The notes beneath the pieces are model-generated. The model was not told the DNA's origin. It saw only the letters and a list, made by a program, of their open reading frames with translations, and ran no database searches. The position numbers were made by a program, and so were the translations under genes. A DNA stretch of 64,000 nucleotides from Lama glama (taxonomy: Eukaryota), in NCBI GenBank assembly GCA_028534125.1, contig CM052816.1:93064001-93128000 (forward strand). Reading direction: 5' to 3'. Positions 1 to 12,800 of the stretch are shown piece by piece (the stretch's first letter is position 1; each line of letters opens with the position of its first letter).

Positions 1-2514
1 TTGAACAAAACAAGCACAACTGTGACAACAGCTGGTGGCCCTCAAAGTGATGCTCCCATGACCCTTGGGCCCCCATCCTCATTTCTGCAGCTGGAGTCTT
101 GGGTTCCTGCAGGCTGTGTGTGTCTGCTGGTGAGTCAGCAGGAGTGGGTGCCTGTGAGCTGAGGGGTTTCTCAGTGTTATTCACTGGTTCTCGACGTCTT
201 CAATGCCAGAGACCAGATCTTGGGATGGGCAGTGACTTATGCAATGAAATATATTTTTCTCCTATGTAAATACCTGATAAACTAAATCAGAAACCAAAAA
301 GAGGGAATATGAGCTGAAGTTTCTGTTGCTTTACATTTGGGAAAATGATCACGGCTTGGTGCCTTAGAACGCCCATGTGAGGAACGATAGCAAATAAAAG
401 GCAACTTGAAGGTGAAGATCATTTGTGTCTGCTGCTTTCACAAAGCAAGAATGATTGCATCAATGAGGGTTCTCTTCATATCTCTCTACTTAATACTGGC
501 CATATATTTGTTTGGACCTCCGATTTCTCAAAGGACACATCATTAAGCCACGGGATCATTTCCAAGTTGCTGCTTATCCTTTAGATTCTAACTACAGACA
601 AGATTCTAATTAGAGAAGTGTTATTTTTCTCACTTGTGTGAAATGATGCTAAAATTTTGGTCTTAAACAAGGAATAACTGGGATAACTGAGGTTGGCAAT
701 ATAGTCTGGAAAGGATTAACATGAAAAATTATAACCATGCTAAGCTGCGACCCCAAAGCAGGATGTGAGAAGGGCTTACTACCACGAACTCTGTCATTTG
801 CACCTATGATTTGATATCCATATATTCATTCAGAGCATCTGAGGTTGTGTTTAGGTTTGGGAAGGGAATCTTATAAAGCACCATAGTTTTATACACAGAG
901 AACAAGCATTATGGTCCAGAGAGCATCATTTGTTCAAGATTGGGCATCTAGAATGGGAAAAAAATTTCCATGGGGAAAACAATATTGTCAAAGATGTCAC
1001 AGAGCTGCAGCATTAAAGTGATCAACCTCATTCCAGATGTTATCATAATTCTTCCAGTGTTTCGTATGCCATGTGGTAAGACTGGCTGGGTAGAATTCAT
1101 GTTGAGACGATGTTTCAGTTACTTTAAGCACGCTGTGTGCGTGGGATCCAAGTGGCAGGGATCACTCACTTAGCTCATGCATCTTGTTTGGAGCTGGACG
1201 GTGCCTGTAAGGTCACCTGGCCACCTACTTCATGGGCCAGTGTGGCTGGTGGTTTATCAACGTCACATGACCAACCCGTTTATGGGAGTCAGGATCAGAA
1301 ACGTGGCTTCCCAAAGCCAGGACAACACTGTTTCTATGGAGATTCGTGGAGGTGGAACCAGGAAGAAGACAAGGAGAGAATTCGGGGTGGGGGGTTCCTG
1401 AGGTTTTCTTGCTGTATGTGTAACCTGCTCTCAGTGCCCCAAATTCCTAATTCGTACACTGTCCACTTGAAAGGTACTATACAAAATAACATCTGGAATG
1501 TGCATTTAGCATTGAGCATCTCTCTTCCAGTCTTTGCCTGCAGAACTTAGACGTTCTGCTTAGGGTAGGCTATACTCTGAATGCGCCTGCTTTCTGTATC
1601 CCCCTCTGAGATTTCACCTGTGTTTCCTTCTTCTGCTCTTGAATTTTTACGCATGAGGCATCAAGAAACCTATGCATCTTTTTAAAGCATTTGTTGTACA
1701 ATTTCAACTCATGGAAATGGCAAAAAATCAACAAACCACATCACTTCATTTGAAGCTTTTAAAATCATTCTTTTTTTGAGGGGAGGCAGCTCAAATAATT
1801 ATTGAATCAATGTATGATTGGTTCATTTTCTTTTGTTTATGAGTTTTTTCTTTATATTATGAAATTAGAAATAAAGAAAAAGGTATTGGATTTTTTGGTC
1901 TTGTGTATATTGACCTTCATGGTTTCAGGATGAAAAGACCAGTAGGAAAAGTAAAGAATCAGAGCTTTATTCAGATTTCGTTAGTCACGTAGTCTCCAGC
2001 ACACTCTGTTTCTCTAGATGCCCCATTCCCATGTGAGTTGCTATGATTCTTCACTTTACCATGTGCTCGACACAGTGGAATCGTCTTTGACAACTGCATC
2101 TACTTTTCTCCACTGCCAGTGGTCAGATTCTATCTCTCTGTTCCTTCCGTTCCTTCTTCAACCAGGATTTCTTTGTAGGAGGAGCTTAGGGGTAGCAAAA
2201 TGGTGGGTGGGGTAAGAGGACCTGCTTCTTTTTACTTAGCTTGTTTGTTTTTGGGAGACTCGGTGACCGCTGCCTCCATCCCTCCATCAAATCCTTTGTT
2301 TCCTCCTGCCCAGGAAGCCGACTTCAGTCTCTCTTTACGCCAGTCCTTCAGCATAATCTTCCTACTCAAGTCTTCCATCAGTTGTGTTTTTCAGTGACTT
2401 TCTGATGCCAGCAAGGGCCAGCTAGTTAGTTTAACACCACAGTTCAGCCTCCGTTTACCTTTCAGAGATTAATCACTCGTGTTAGAGGTACCAATTGCAA
2501 AACTCCCGATTTAC

Positions 2515-2631
2515 CTCTTGCCACCCTTTTAACCCCCTGGCAATCATACGTTTGTTCTCTGTGTCTGTGAGTCTGTTTCTGTTTTGTAGATAAGTTCACT
2601 TGTGTCCTTTTTTTTTAGATTCCACATATGA
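2515..2631 (-). mobile_element. L1 3' UTR fragment
   Basis: TCTGTGAGTCTGTTTCTGTTTTG...TAGATTCCACATATGA, typical antisense L1 3' region. Confidence 0.75.
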
Positions 2632-5600
2632 AGCTCTCTTTTGAATTCCAGCCTCGGTGCTTTGCTTGTAATATTTCGCCCTCTGTGTTATGCCCTACCT
2701 TTATTTGAATCTTATTCTCCCTCAGAGCCTGACTTAAATCCTCCCTTCTCCAAGAAGCTCTCTTTGTCCATTAGCTGTCATAAACCTGTATTTTATCTGA
2801 GCTAAGCCAGCATCAGATATAAGACATGCCACTGTTCCCTTCACCACTAAGACAGGAAAGCAGCTGTTGATTAAACTAGGATGCATTGCTTTCTTAGAAT
2901 TGTATTTATTTTAATTGAAAAAGCTCTTTCAAACTGAATTAAACGTAGATGAAAAGGATTATGTGTCCACCCTTGTGCACCCATGCAAATACAGGTGCAA
3001 TGCATTGGTTAAGAAATTTCAAAACCTTTTTCACACTCAGGGTCTGCCTCTTCTGGGATTTTCTTTCCATCTGCTGTCATCCATTCCAAGCTGCAATGCT
3101 GGTGTTTTCTTGATCTTCCCAGAAGGTGTCAGTGGAAGATTTTCAGAAAACAGCTGGTACACACATTCCTTCCTCAGTTGGATCTTGAATTGTTTGTTGC
3201 CTGTGACATCAGGGTGCTGGAGTGGCCTTGTTATGCCACTCAGAGTGACAACTGAGTCTGCACAACTCTGGCAATGACACCTGTGTCAGGATTGCTGTTG
3301 GCCAACAGCTATGAGGGTGCATATCAGATGCATCCAATTTCAATATGGTAAGAAGGGAAAAAATGTGCAACTCAGAATGTGTGAAATATGGTACTTTCTC
3401 ATCCCACTGAACTCATTTAACATTTTTATATGCTGCCCCCCCCCCCCGTATCATTGTTTACAAGGCTATTAAACTGATGAATGTGTTTGATTCTGCTGGG
3501 CCTCAGTAAGACATTCTTAGAGGTGGAAATCCATGAAAAAAATGTGTCGATCGATGGTAACTGATAAAATCTGGATCCACTCTTTCTCTTGGGACATACT
3601 CAGAAATCAAGGGCAAAATTTCCCAACAGCGTTGGATTGGAACTTGTAGGTTAGGTTAAATTCCTTGGGAATTTGTCCCCTACATTGATATTCTCATGGA
3701 TTATAGTCTTAACTTTTTTGCAATTAAAGGATAGAGTCATAATTTTCATGTATTAGGTGCCTGTAGGGGTCCAGGAGTTTTACATAAATTTAAACCGTCG
3801 CAAGTGAGTTAGGCAGGTGGGTGTATTTCTAGGGCACAATTTAGGAAACCAAAGCTCTGATGTCATAGAGCTCAGAGAGGACAGAGCTGGGGTTTAAATC
3901 CAGGCCTGTCTGTCCCCAGGGCTGACACTTTTCTATTACATCACATGGCATAGGTGGTACACATGGGTCTGCAAGACCCAAAGTAGGTGACTCTTCATAA
4001 TTTAGGGATGAGTTCAGGAAATTTCCCAGCTTGGAATGTAAGCGTAAAATGTATTAAATGGTAAAAAGTGGCAATAATTTGGAACACAGATCCAAGAGAA
4101 GCACCTTTCTTTTCTTTTTTAATGGTACTTTCCACAATCTGCAACCGTATTTTAATTAGAATTATGTATACATTTATGCTCTATTTATTTTACATCTTCC
4201 CCCAGTGAAGGCAGAAATGATGGCTTTCCACTGATTCTGAGATGTACCTTTCCACATTTTAACATCTGCCAATTCAGAATGCAACTTAAAATTGAAGTTG
4301 TATTTATAAGTGTAATTGGTAGCATTTTGTCTTTTCTCTCTGAGTGTTCCATAAAATAATTATGCATCCTACAATTAATATTTTTTTAATGTGTGATTAA
4401 GTGTGAATGTTAATTAGCTGCTCTATGCTTAGTATGTAGTACAGTGCCTGGCCCCTTCAAAGGTACTCATATTTGCTGAATAAATGAATGAATGAATGAA
4501 AGTGGAACTTTAAACTTTGCCTGAAGATACTTGGGTTTCTGGATGAAGTCTCCTGCCTACATGTGGCCCACTGCCCACTCATGTTTACTCATTATGTCTG
4601 GTTTAAGATTTGTGAATGGACGATATTCTCAGCCTGGAACAGTGCATCGTCCAAGCAGATGGGGCTGGAGGACTTTGGCTTAAGAGTTCCTAAAGGAGGA
4701 GACTTGCCCACTGAAGCCTTTGCCTGGTGGAAACTGCTCATACGAAGACCCTTCTGAGTCTCCCGCTGAGCAGCATTTGCTAACTCTTCTCCAGTGACCA
4801 GAAACCCGTTTTGTCGCAGGCTGGCCATTAGGGGGCAGGTGGTCAGATGCAGATTCAGGCTTGTGCTTTACTCTGTGCTGCTTAATGACAATCCTCTGGG
4901 AGCCTCCTTCATTCAAGGGGCTCCCTTAAGATACCTACTGCTTCTTTTTTGCCCAAAGGAGGCTGAAATTCAGCCACAGAGTTTGGAAGACTTTGCAGTT
5001 TACTGCGAAGCCTCATGAGAGCCATGGTGACGCCTGCCAGACGTGGAATGAATGCCATCAGCCATCTGTGGAAATCATCCCAGAAAGTAACTCTTCCCAA
5101 GAGATACGTTGTAAACGGGCTACTGATGAAATGAGGATGGAGCCCGAAATACCATCAGGAAAGCTCCAATTTCAGTGTAACTAATGAAGGATCAGCGGTG
5201 ACATAATGAATTGTGACCTCTGTCCTGAGGTCACGTGTTGACAGAGTCGTCTCAGGACTGCTACTTAGATGCTGAGCAAGGAGGATGAGAAAACACTGCG
5301 ATTTGCTGGTGACCTTTTGACACCGCATGGAGGAGAATGACTTCTAGTCTAGACACAGTCTTCATTGTTAGAACAGAAAATAGCCACTTACCAATACCCA
5401 GAGGTTGATTTAGAAAGTATCCCATAAATAAACTCTAATTTCCTGTGCTCTAGTGCTTGGCTTACCAAATAATATTCAGGTCTGAATTCTGTCTCTCTGT
5501 TAACTCTGCATATGGAGGCCGTGCCCTAGTGTTTGCTGTTGAGCAGGTGAACCTCCCAAGTGCAGACACCAAATTAGCATCCAAATTAGCAGTAGGTGTC

Positions 5601-6279
5601 AGTACCAAATTAGCATCCTGGCTTTCAAGTGAGTGTCTTGTGAGGCTGATTAGCAGGATTTGGTGGGATGGGTTCCCTATTTCCTGATTTATCCTTGCAT
5701 GACCTGATTGGATTTGAGTTCCTGACACTTGAGTTTCAAGCAATCCTGGATTCAACATGCCCAACCTTAAACGTCCTGCCTTTTATTCATCTGGTTGAGA
5801 GAAATCCCATGGACGAGATCTCTCAGATCATGTGGGCTGTGATTTCCCATCCTGTCTTTAAAGGAAGGGTGATCGAAATGCTTAGTCATGAAGACTGAAT
5901 GACCTCGGTTTATTTGTATGTACAACTGTGTGAATACAAGTAATTTATGGACATCTTTTGCAATTTGCATATGAATAAGCTTCTTTATGGGGAGGAAATG
6001 GCTGCACTGGGTTACAATGAACCTCTCTGACAATCAGTCACAATTCCTCACGATGCTGGCAGGTAATCATGCACACAAAGTTGTTTAGACAAAGACAGAC
6101 TGAATTTCTTCTGCAAATTATTTCGAGCTGTGGCTTCTCTGCTTTCTCTTTTGATACGGTTTCAAGTTACTCATTGTTCAAAGAAGTGATTCAAAGATCT
6201 CAATGGACTCCAAGCTTACCCTTGGGCAGTGTGCAGAATTAGACGAACATCAGAAGTTGTGTTGCAACCCAGTGGTTCA

Positions 6280-6593
6280 GACTCTTTGATTGGTTGATAA
6301 GCAGGATTAAGAGACACGGGTAAACGATACAGCATGTAAACAGTATTACCTAACAACACGAGGCTTTGCAACAGAGGAGAAGGCTAAGGGGAGAGACTCT
6401 AGAAGGAAAGCTTGAATGATACTGGTGCACTTGTAATTTTTATCCTGTGTATGTGGTGAATAATGCTTGCAAATTAGACATGTAAACGCGAACTTCTGGT
6501 CCTCCAAAGGACTTTTCCTTTGAAAGCTTGTCGGATAATGAGTAGGTCTCCCAGGACTTAGAAGATCGTCCATAAGCTGAGCAGACCGCTGTG
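6280..6593 (+). promoter_or_regulatory. Probable DNAH5 proximal promoter / 5' UTR
   Basis: Immediately upstream of the ATG; reverse CCAAT (6289-6293), forkhead GTAAACA (6336-6342), X-box-like ATTACCTAACAAC (6345-6357). TSS cannot be determined from sequence. Confidence 0.5.
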
Positions 6594-6650
6594 ATGTTCA
6601 GGCTCGGGAGGAGACAGCTCTGGAAGCAGAGCATCACCCGAGTCTTAACG
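6594..6650 (+). CDS. DNAH5: DNAH5 exon 1, coding part (57 bp)
   Basis: ATG at 6594; MFRLGRRQLWKQSITRVLT; donor ACG|gtaagg. Confidence 0.93.
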
Positions 6651-7670
6651 GTAAGGAAAGCTTGCGTTTTTGTGTGTCTTGGATTATCACGCCTGGGGGC
6701 CAAAATTCCTGCAAAAGGTTCAAAGTTATATTCTGATGAATTTGTGAGAAACATGTTAGTCTACTAATTTTTGGATCATGTGCAAGGCTACATGTTGATA
6801 TTTCAAATGAAAAAAAAAGGGTACTACATCTTTAGGCTTTCCTGCACATTCCACCTAAACTGTAAATACTTGTAGAAATACAGGCTGCATCTTTTGGGAT
6901 GATGCTCGCCTGATGGACAAAACCCCTTCAGGGTGCTTTGGTGACTGCATTCTCCCAGACCTGTAAGCTTCTGTTGGTGATGAGAGGTGGTTAGGGCTGC
7001 AGGTTTTCTAGGTTCTTTGAAATGACCTTCCCTCCTCCCACCCCGCCCCACCGGCCATCCCACTGCCTTCTGTAGGCCTGGAAATCTCACAGACCGTGGG
7101 ATGCAAGGATGTGTCTTTGGAGTCTCACTGAAGAATGAGCTTCCCCTGCCTAGGACTCAACTCAGCAGCTTTTTATTATGCAAATGTATAAAGAGGGGTT
7201 TGGAACCTCTTCCACTGCTAATTAACGTCTGAAGAAAATGGAGGCTCTCCAGGTTCTCAGCGCTGACGCATGCTTCCTCAGGGCTTCATCACTGTATCTT
7301 TCATTTGTCCCCAGCAACTTACTCTTCCACCACAAAACACAGGAATGCTGTCTCTGCCATTCCTAAGCTTTCCAACACCAGCCACCCTCCACTTCCCGCA
7401 GCCCCAGGATTCTCATGCATCCTTCCCAAGGTCATCATCTTCCAGCCAAATGAACTGGTTTGCTTGCAAATACTTACTCATTTTTTAAGACCAAATGCAG
7501 TGTCACTTCCTCTGAGAAGCCTCCCTGACAGTTTGAGAAGGGGGCGAGGGCTCCCTTCCCTGGGTCCTCTCAGTGCTTCGCTTCTCTGGCTGCTAGATCC
7601 CTCGTCACATCACTGCAGTGAGATGACAGGTGTTTCCTTGTGAGTTCCTGGAGGACAGGGATGGTGTTCC

Positions 7671-7841
7671 TTCTTTTTTTTTTTCATTGAAGTCTAGTTG
7701 ATTTACAGTGTTGTCCTAGTTTCTGGTGTACAGCATAGTGATTCAATTATACATGTGTATTTTCATATTTTTTCATTATGGATTACTACAAGCTATTGAA
7801 TATATTTCCTTGTGCTGTACAGTAGGACCGTGTTGTTTATT
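7671..7841 (-). mobile_element. L1 3' end fragment
   Basis: poly(T) followed by ATTGAAGTCTAGTTGATTTACAGTGTTG...TTTCTGGTGTACAGCATAGTGATTCA. Confidence 0.8.
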
Positions 7842-9626
7842 TCAAACAGCCTTCCCTTAACACAGAGCTGGGTACTAATACACCTCAATTTATGCTTGTG
7901 CAATAAATTGAATGAATTAAGACTTTCGCATTTTTTCTGTTCTTTTCTTCACTTTTCTATACTTTACTACCAAGTCTAAAAAATTAAAATCAATGGTAAC
8001 ATTTTGAGTATAATAAATGAATTAGATTCCTTCTTGGCACGAGCTGCCTTCTGGGAGTATGTTAAGTTTTGTGGAAGTTTCATTTATATATTTCAGATGC
8101 TGGTTCTGTTCACCCCACTGAAGTATGATATTAACAGAATTACCTTAATAATGTTGCAGTGTATTATGTGAATAATTGCACATTTTCTATCTAGTGGACT
8201 GATATGACACTTTATTAAATTATGACTTTGTGACCTAAAATAATCAATGACAATGATTTCAAAATTAACATGCAAACTGTAAATCTCTCTCTTTTTACCC
8301 GTAGTCTGAGACTGTTGCTGGAATGATGCTACTTTATAATTAGGTTATTGTAATATAATATTTGACTTTATTCAGGGTTCACATGCAAATAAATAACAGC
8401 CAAATAAACCAGAGACTCTGTGGGTTTAGAAAAGTCAAGCCATACTTCCTTGTTGTTACATAATAGACACAAATGCTTTTCAGTGAAGAAACTGGAAATC
8501 GTTCTATATATATTCACTTACTCACTTATAAAAATATGGCTCAGATGTGATGTTTGTCTTCTTTCTGCTTTTCTCATAGATGAAGAATGCTCAGTACCAA
8601 CTTCCAGTGCAAGTGTACAATGGACATGAATTCCAGACCTATAGATTCTGTTTCTCTTTCCTTCCCTAAGATTAAACTGAAATGTATAATTTTGCTGGTT
8701 GACTTTGCTGACCTTCAGAAAAAAAAAAAAACCAAAACATGTGAGAGACTGATGACTGTCCTCTTGACCTAAAATTCACCTAATTGCAAAGCTAGTTTTG
8801 AAATGGAGACCTGTTTTCTCCCACTGCTGGAATATATATTGTTCAGCACTCATGTGTTGATGCCAGGGAGTACTGCTGCTCATCGCATTTCAGATTGCTA
8901 GGTTTCTGCAAACAGTGATTATCGCGGGTGGGGGTGGGAGTGGGGTAGGGACTGTGGGGGAGACAGGGCAGCGCCTTCCCCTACTGAGAATCTCTGCAGG
9001 GAGCGGCCAAGGTTCCCCTGGGAGGACGCAGTGGAAGCAAGACAGAAAAGAACCTTTGCTCTCAGATATCTTTTGAAAACTGAAAGGATGTCAGTGTTGT
9101 TATTCTTTGGCAAAATAGCCAAACCGGTTTCAGTATCCTCTGTTAATCAGGCCTCGGCATGTTTGGCCCGGTGAACACAATTCACATGTACAGGTCAGAA
9201 CAGTTTCCTTGAGCATCAGGAGGTGAATGGCTGTAGGATGTAGCCTGCTTGTTAATGCCTGGGCTGAGCACTCCTGAGCCTGAACAAGTTAATGCCCAAC
9301 ATAGCCACACTGTAGTTACGCTGTAGCCGGACCCCAGGAGAAGGTGGGTCCAGTTGCAAGGTCCACAAGCACCTGCTGGACGCCTACTTGGTGCCAGGCG
9401 CTGTGCTCCGTCATGTGGCAGGGAGGAGCACTTCCATGCCTCATGGGGTTGAGCTGAAACTTGTTCTTCCTATCAATTTTCACACAACTCTAGTAACGAG
9501 AAAAAAAAGGTCTAGAGTTACAGGATCCTGGAGTTATGCCCTTGGACTTTCTAAGTTCCTGCCTTGTGTGAGAGCCTGGTGGTACTTGTCCATCATGAAC
9601 AATTAATAAAATGCATTCCGTTGGAG

Positions 9627-9803
9627 CAGAGTTCTCCGGGGAGGCTGCCGCTGTAACTGCCGGCGGAAATTTTGAGAAATACCAATGCCAGGGCTGCACT
9701 CCCGACCAGAGGAGTCAGAGTTTCTTGGGGGTAGGAGGCAAAGGAATCAGCATTTTAAAGCTCCCAGGTGATTCTAATAAGCAGTTAGCTTTAAGCACTC
9801 TGG
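9627..9803. mobile_element. MER5A-like hAT-Charlie MITE
   Basis: GGAATCAGCATTTTAAAGCTCCCAGGTGATTCTAAT hallmark. Confidence 0.65.
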
Positions 9804-12800
9804 CTCATTGTGACGAATAAGGGAGGTTTTGGAACTTCACCCCTGGGCCGTATATAATGTGAATGATGACACTGTATGTATATTTTAACGTATGGGTGAA
9901 AACCACTTGAATGACACGACACTTGCTGCCAGAAGGGGCTCTTGGGATTCTCCAAGGGAGGTATATCCTGATTTTGGAGTAAAACCACTGTAGAGTTGGG
10001 GGATGGTAGAATATATGGCCATGTGAAGGCCCAGTAAGTCTCCATCGGGTCCAGAAATTCGGTGCGGAGAGAATGGACTCTAAGTTACTGTTTGGATGAT
10101 GGGATGTTGGCGGGGTAGCGGGGCAGCTGTGATGATGGTGATACCTCTGTAGCAGGTTTTGGGTTGGCTTGGGTGAGAAGTCCACATGTAGTGACAGGTA
10201 AAGAGGGGTGCTTTATTTGTTTGGAAAGAATGACAGATATTGGAGTTGGTAAACGGGGAGATTGGGGGACCTGAAAACTCCAGCAAAAATAGACAAGATT
10301 CCAGAGCTTACTCTCAGGACGTAAGAAGATTGATGGGACTGGGCTCCGTTTAAGTGCCAGCTCTTTGTGATGGAGGGGGAGTGTGGCTCCTGTTCAGTAA
10401 AGGGGGGCTTCACTGCAGCACCTGCTGTGAGTGGATTAGCCAGCGTGAAGTGTCTTTCGCTTCCAGGAACCACTTCGCTCAAGTGCTCTTAACGTGGGAA
10501 GGAGGTACAGTGCTTCCGCTGCAGCCGTGGCCCTTCACCTGCCGAAATGAAATAAAAGGGGAGGAAGAAAATCTGAGACGTGAAAAGTACAGTGATGAGT
10601 AAAGAGTTGCTGAATTGTGGTTCTTCCAGCCAATTAATGAGCTGGTTTGGGTGGTCCAGGAAGCATCCCAGAGCGGCGTCTCCCAGAGAGGAAATGGGGC
10701 CCTGTGGGTTAGAGTGAAAATGCTGGAAGACAGAAAGGGAGGCTTTTCTTTGTTGGCAGACATGGAAATTGGGTTAACTCTGTAGAGAGGACTCTCTCGT
10801 TTGTTGAAAAGAGTAGGAGAACTGCGCCCCTCGGTTTCTGTAATTCAGCACATTTGAATGGGAGGTAGGCTAAGTGAGGTTAGTTTTATTTGCTGTGAGT
10901 TGAGGGAGAGCTGTAATCCATACTAATGGAATTTCGTGCAGTGGTTTGTGCTCGAATCATAACAGAATGGAAGACGTAGGAGCTCATTGAGGGAATTCTG
11001 CACCTGCAGTCACAGACTCGCATCGAGCTGGGATAATTTGCTCCATCCCTTAATTACTTGTGAATGAGTTGTAAGTGATAAACGTGGTTCATCATCCCCT
11101 GATTAGATATCAATGGAGGCTTTACTGAAGTGCCAGGCACTGTTCTGGGCACTGGGGATATTTCACAAATCAACATAGAAACCATCCCTCCCTGTGGAGC
11201 TAATGGTCTTGTAGGAATGATGAGAGTCCGTTGATACCGATTTTATTTGACTCCTCAGGAGATAGGAAGAATCAGGTTATCTAGATGGCAGACAAGTGAG
11301 CTAAACCAGCCTGGGCCATTTGGATATCCTTCAAAAAAAAGGAAAAGAAACCCCGTATTTTCCCAATACCCAGGCATTTTAGCCAGGCATACACTTTGGG
11401 TAATTTTTGCTTCTGCTCATGGATTTGCCCTGATTCATCCAGAGTAGGGGAGAATGGAAACTGGCTTCAGGTGATGAAACCTATGTCCGTGGCCTCTTTA
11501 GCACTGTTTCATCCAGAAATTAATTATCTGTGGGCTTGAGATTGATATGGAGATCCAAAGTGAAATCGGTCTCAGAAGTGTTTGGTGATTTAAGATAAGG
11601 AGTTTCAACTGTTATTCTTGGACTCCACATTATTTACAATGATCTCCAGGGGTGATTTAAACCTGTTTTACTGTTATACTGTTATACTGTTATACTGTCT
11701 TCTTCTCCACTGTGTTTGTTACATTGCTGGGAGCGTACATATACATAGAGAACAAAGCACCCAAATAAAAAAAAAAGGAAATAAATTCTTCCAAAAAGAT
11801 GCAACAGACCACATTAAAACAGGTCTCTTTCTTTCTCAGATTCAGACCTGCAACGAGGCTGATCATGCTACCTAGAGAAACTTTTTTTTTTTTAAACAAA
11901 GAAAAAAATTTTTTTTTTGGCTGGAGAACCTATTCCTTGCCCCACATTCTTTGCTGTGCAAAGGCATCGTATTAGGACTTGGGGTGAATAGTATGATGTA
12001 GATAAAAGTGAAGTTGACTAGTAACCAGTTGGGAAAAGCATGGAACCCAGCCTACCAGGTGCCCAGGCCAGGAGCCTGAGTCCTAAGCACGTTAGGAGGT
12101 GAGGATGGGGTGGAGAGTTAGCATTTGCTGAGACATAGGAGTGTGGTGGGCGAGCTGGACACAGGGCGTGCCTGCTAGAAGTGGCTGGGCACCAGTCCAT
12201 CCTGGCACTGAAATACTACAAGTGTAGCTCAGAAAGTGGTGCCAGTTAACTCCAGTCTCCACCCACAACTCCTTCTATAACGCATGCAGTGTATACAGGG
12301 TCTCCTCCCAAGAGTGCCCTACATAATCCTCGAGTAGAAATTTACAGATAGGATGTTTGTGGAATATCAGTTTGAATGGATGCAAAATTCTTAGTTGCCA
12401 AAGACACCCCATGTCTTGGCCCGACTCTACAGACATACTAGGGCCTGAAACCCAGTGTTGCCACTTACCAGGGCACTCTTGGGAAAACTGTTAATGGTCT
12501 CTAGTCTCGATTTCCTTGTGTGGAAATAGTAATGTCTGCTTCATAGGGCTTTTGTACCCTGACGCCTTCAGGAGGGTTGGGGACAAGGGTGTCCCTGTTC
12601 AGCCACAAAGGGGCTCTTAGACCTGACAGCTTAATCCTCCATCCACTTGTGGTGGCCAATGACATCAATGGGGTGGGCCTGGATCTCAGACAGTGCTGCC
12701 AACAGGGCAGGCTTTCTAAGGATGGAGAGAGTTTAAACATTTGTACAATTAAAAAAATCATGACTCAGAAGTTTTGTTTTGTCACTTGAGTTTTGATGTC

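Noticed and set aside
970..6033. Short ORFs upstream of DNAH5
   Set aside because: No recognisable protein similarity or exon structure; lengths typical of non-coding mammalian DNA
11663..11698. 8-bp tandem (CTGTTATA) repeat
   Set aside because: Ordinary short slippage repeat
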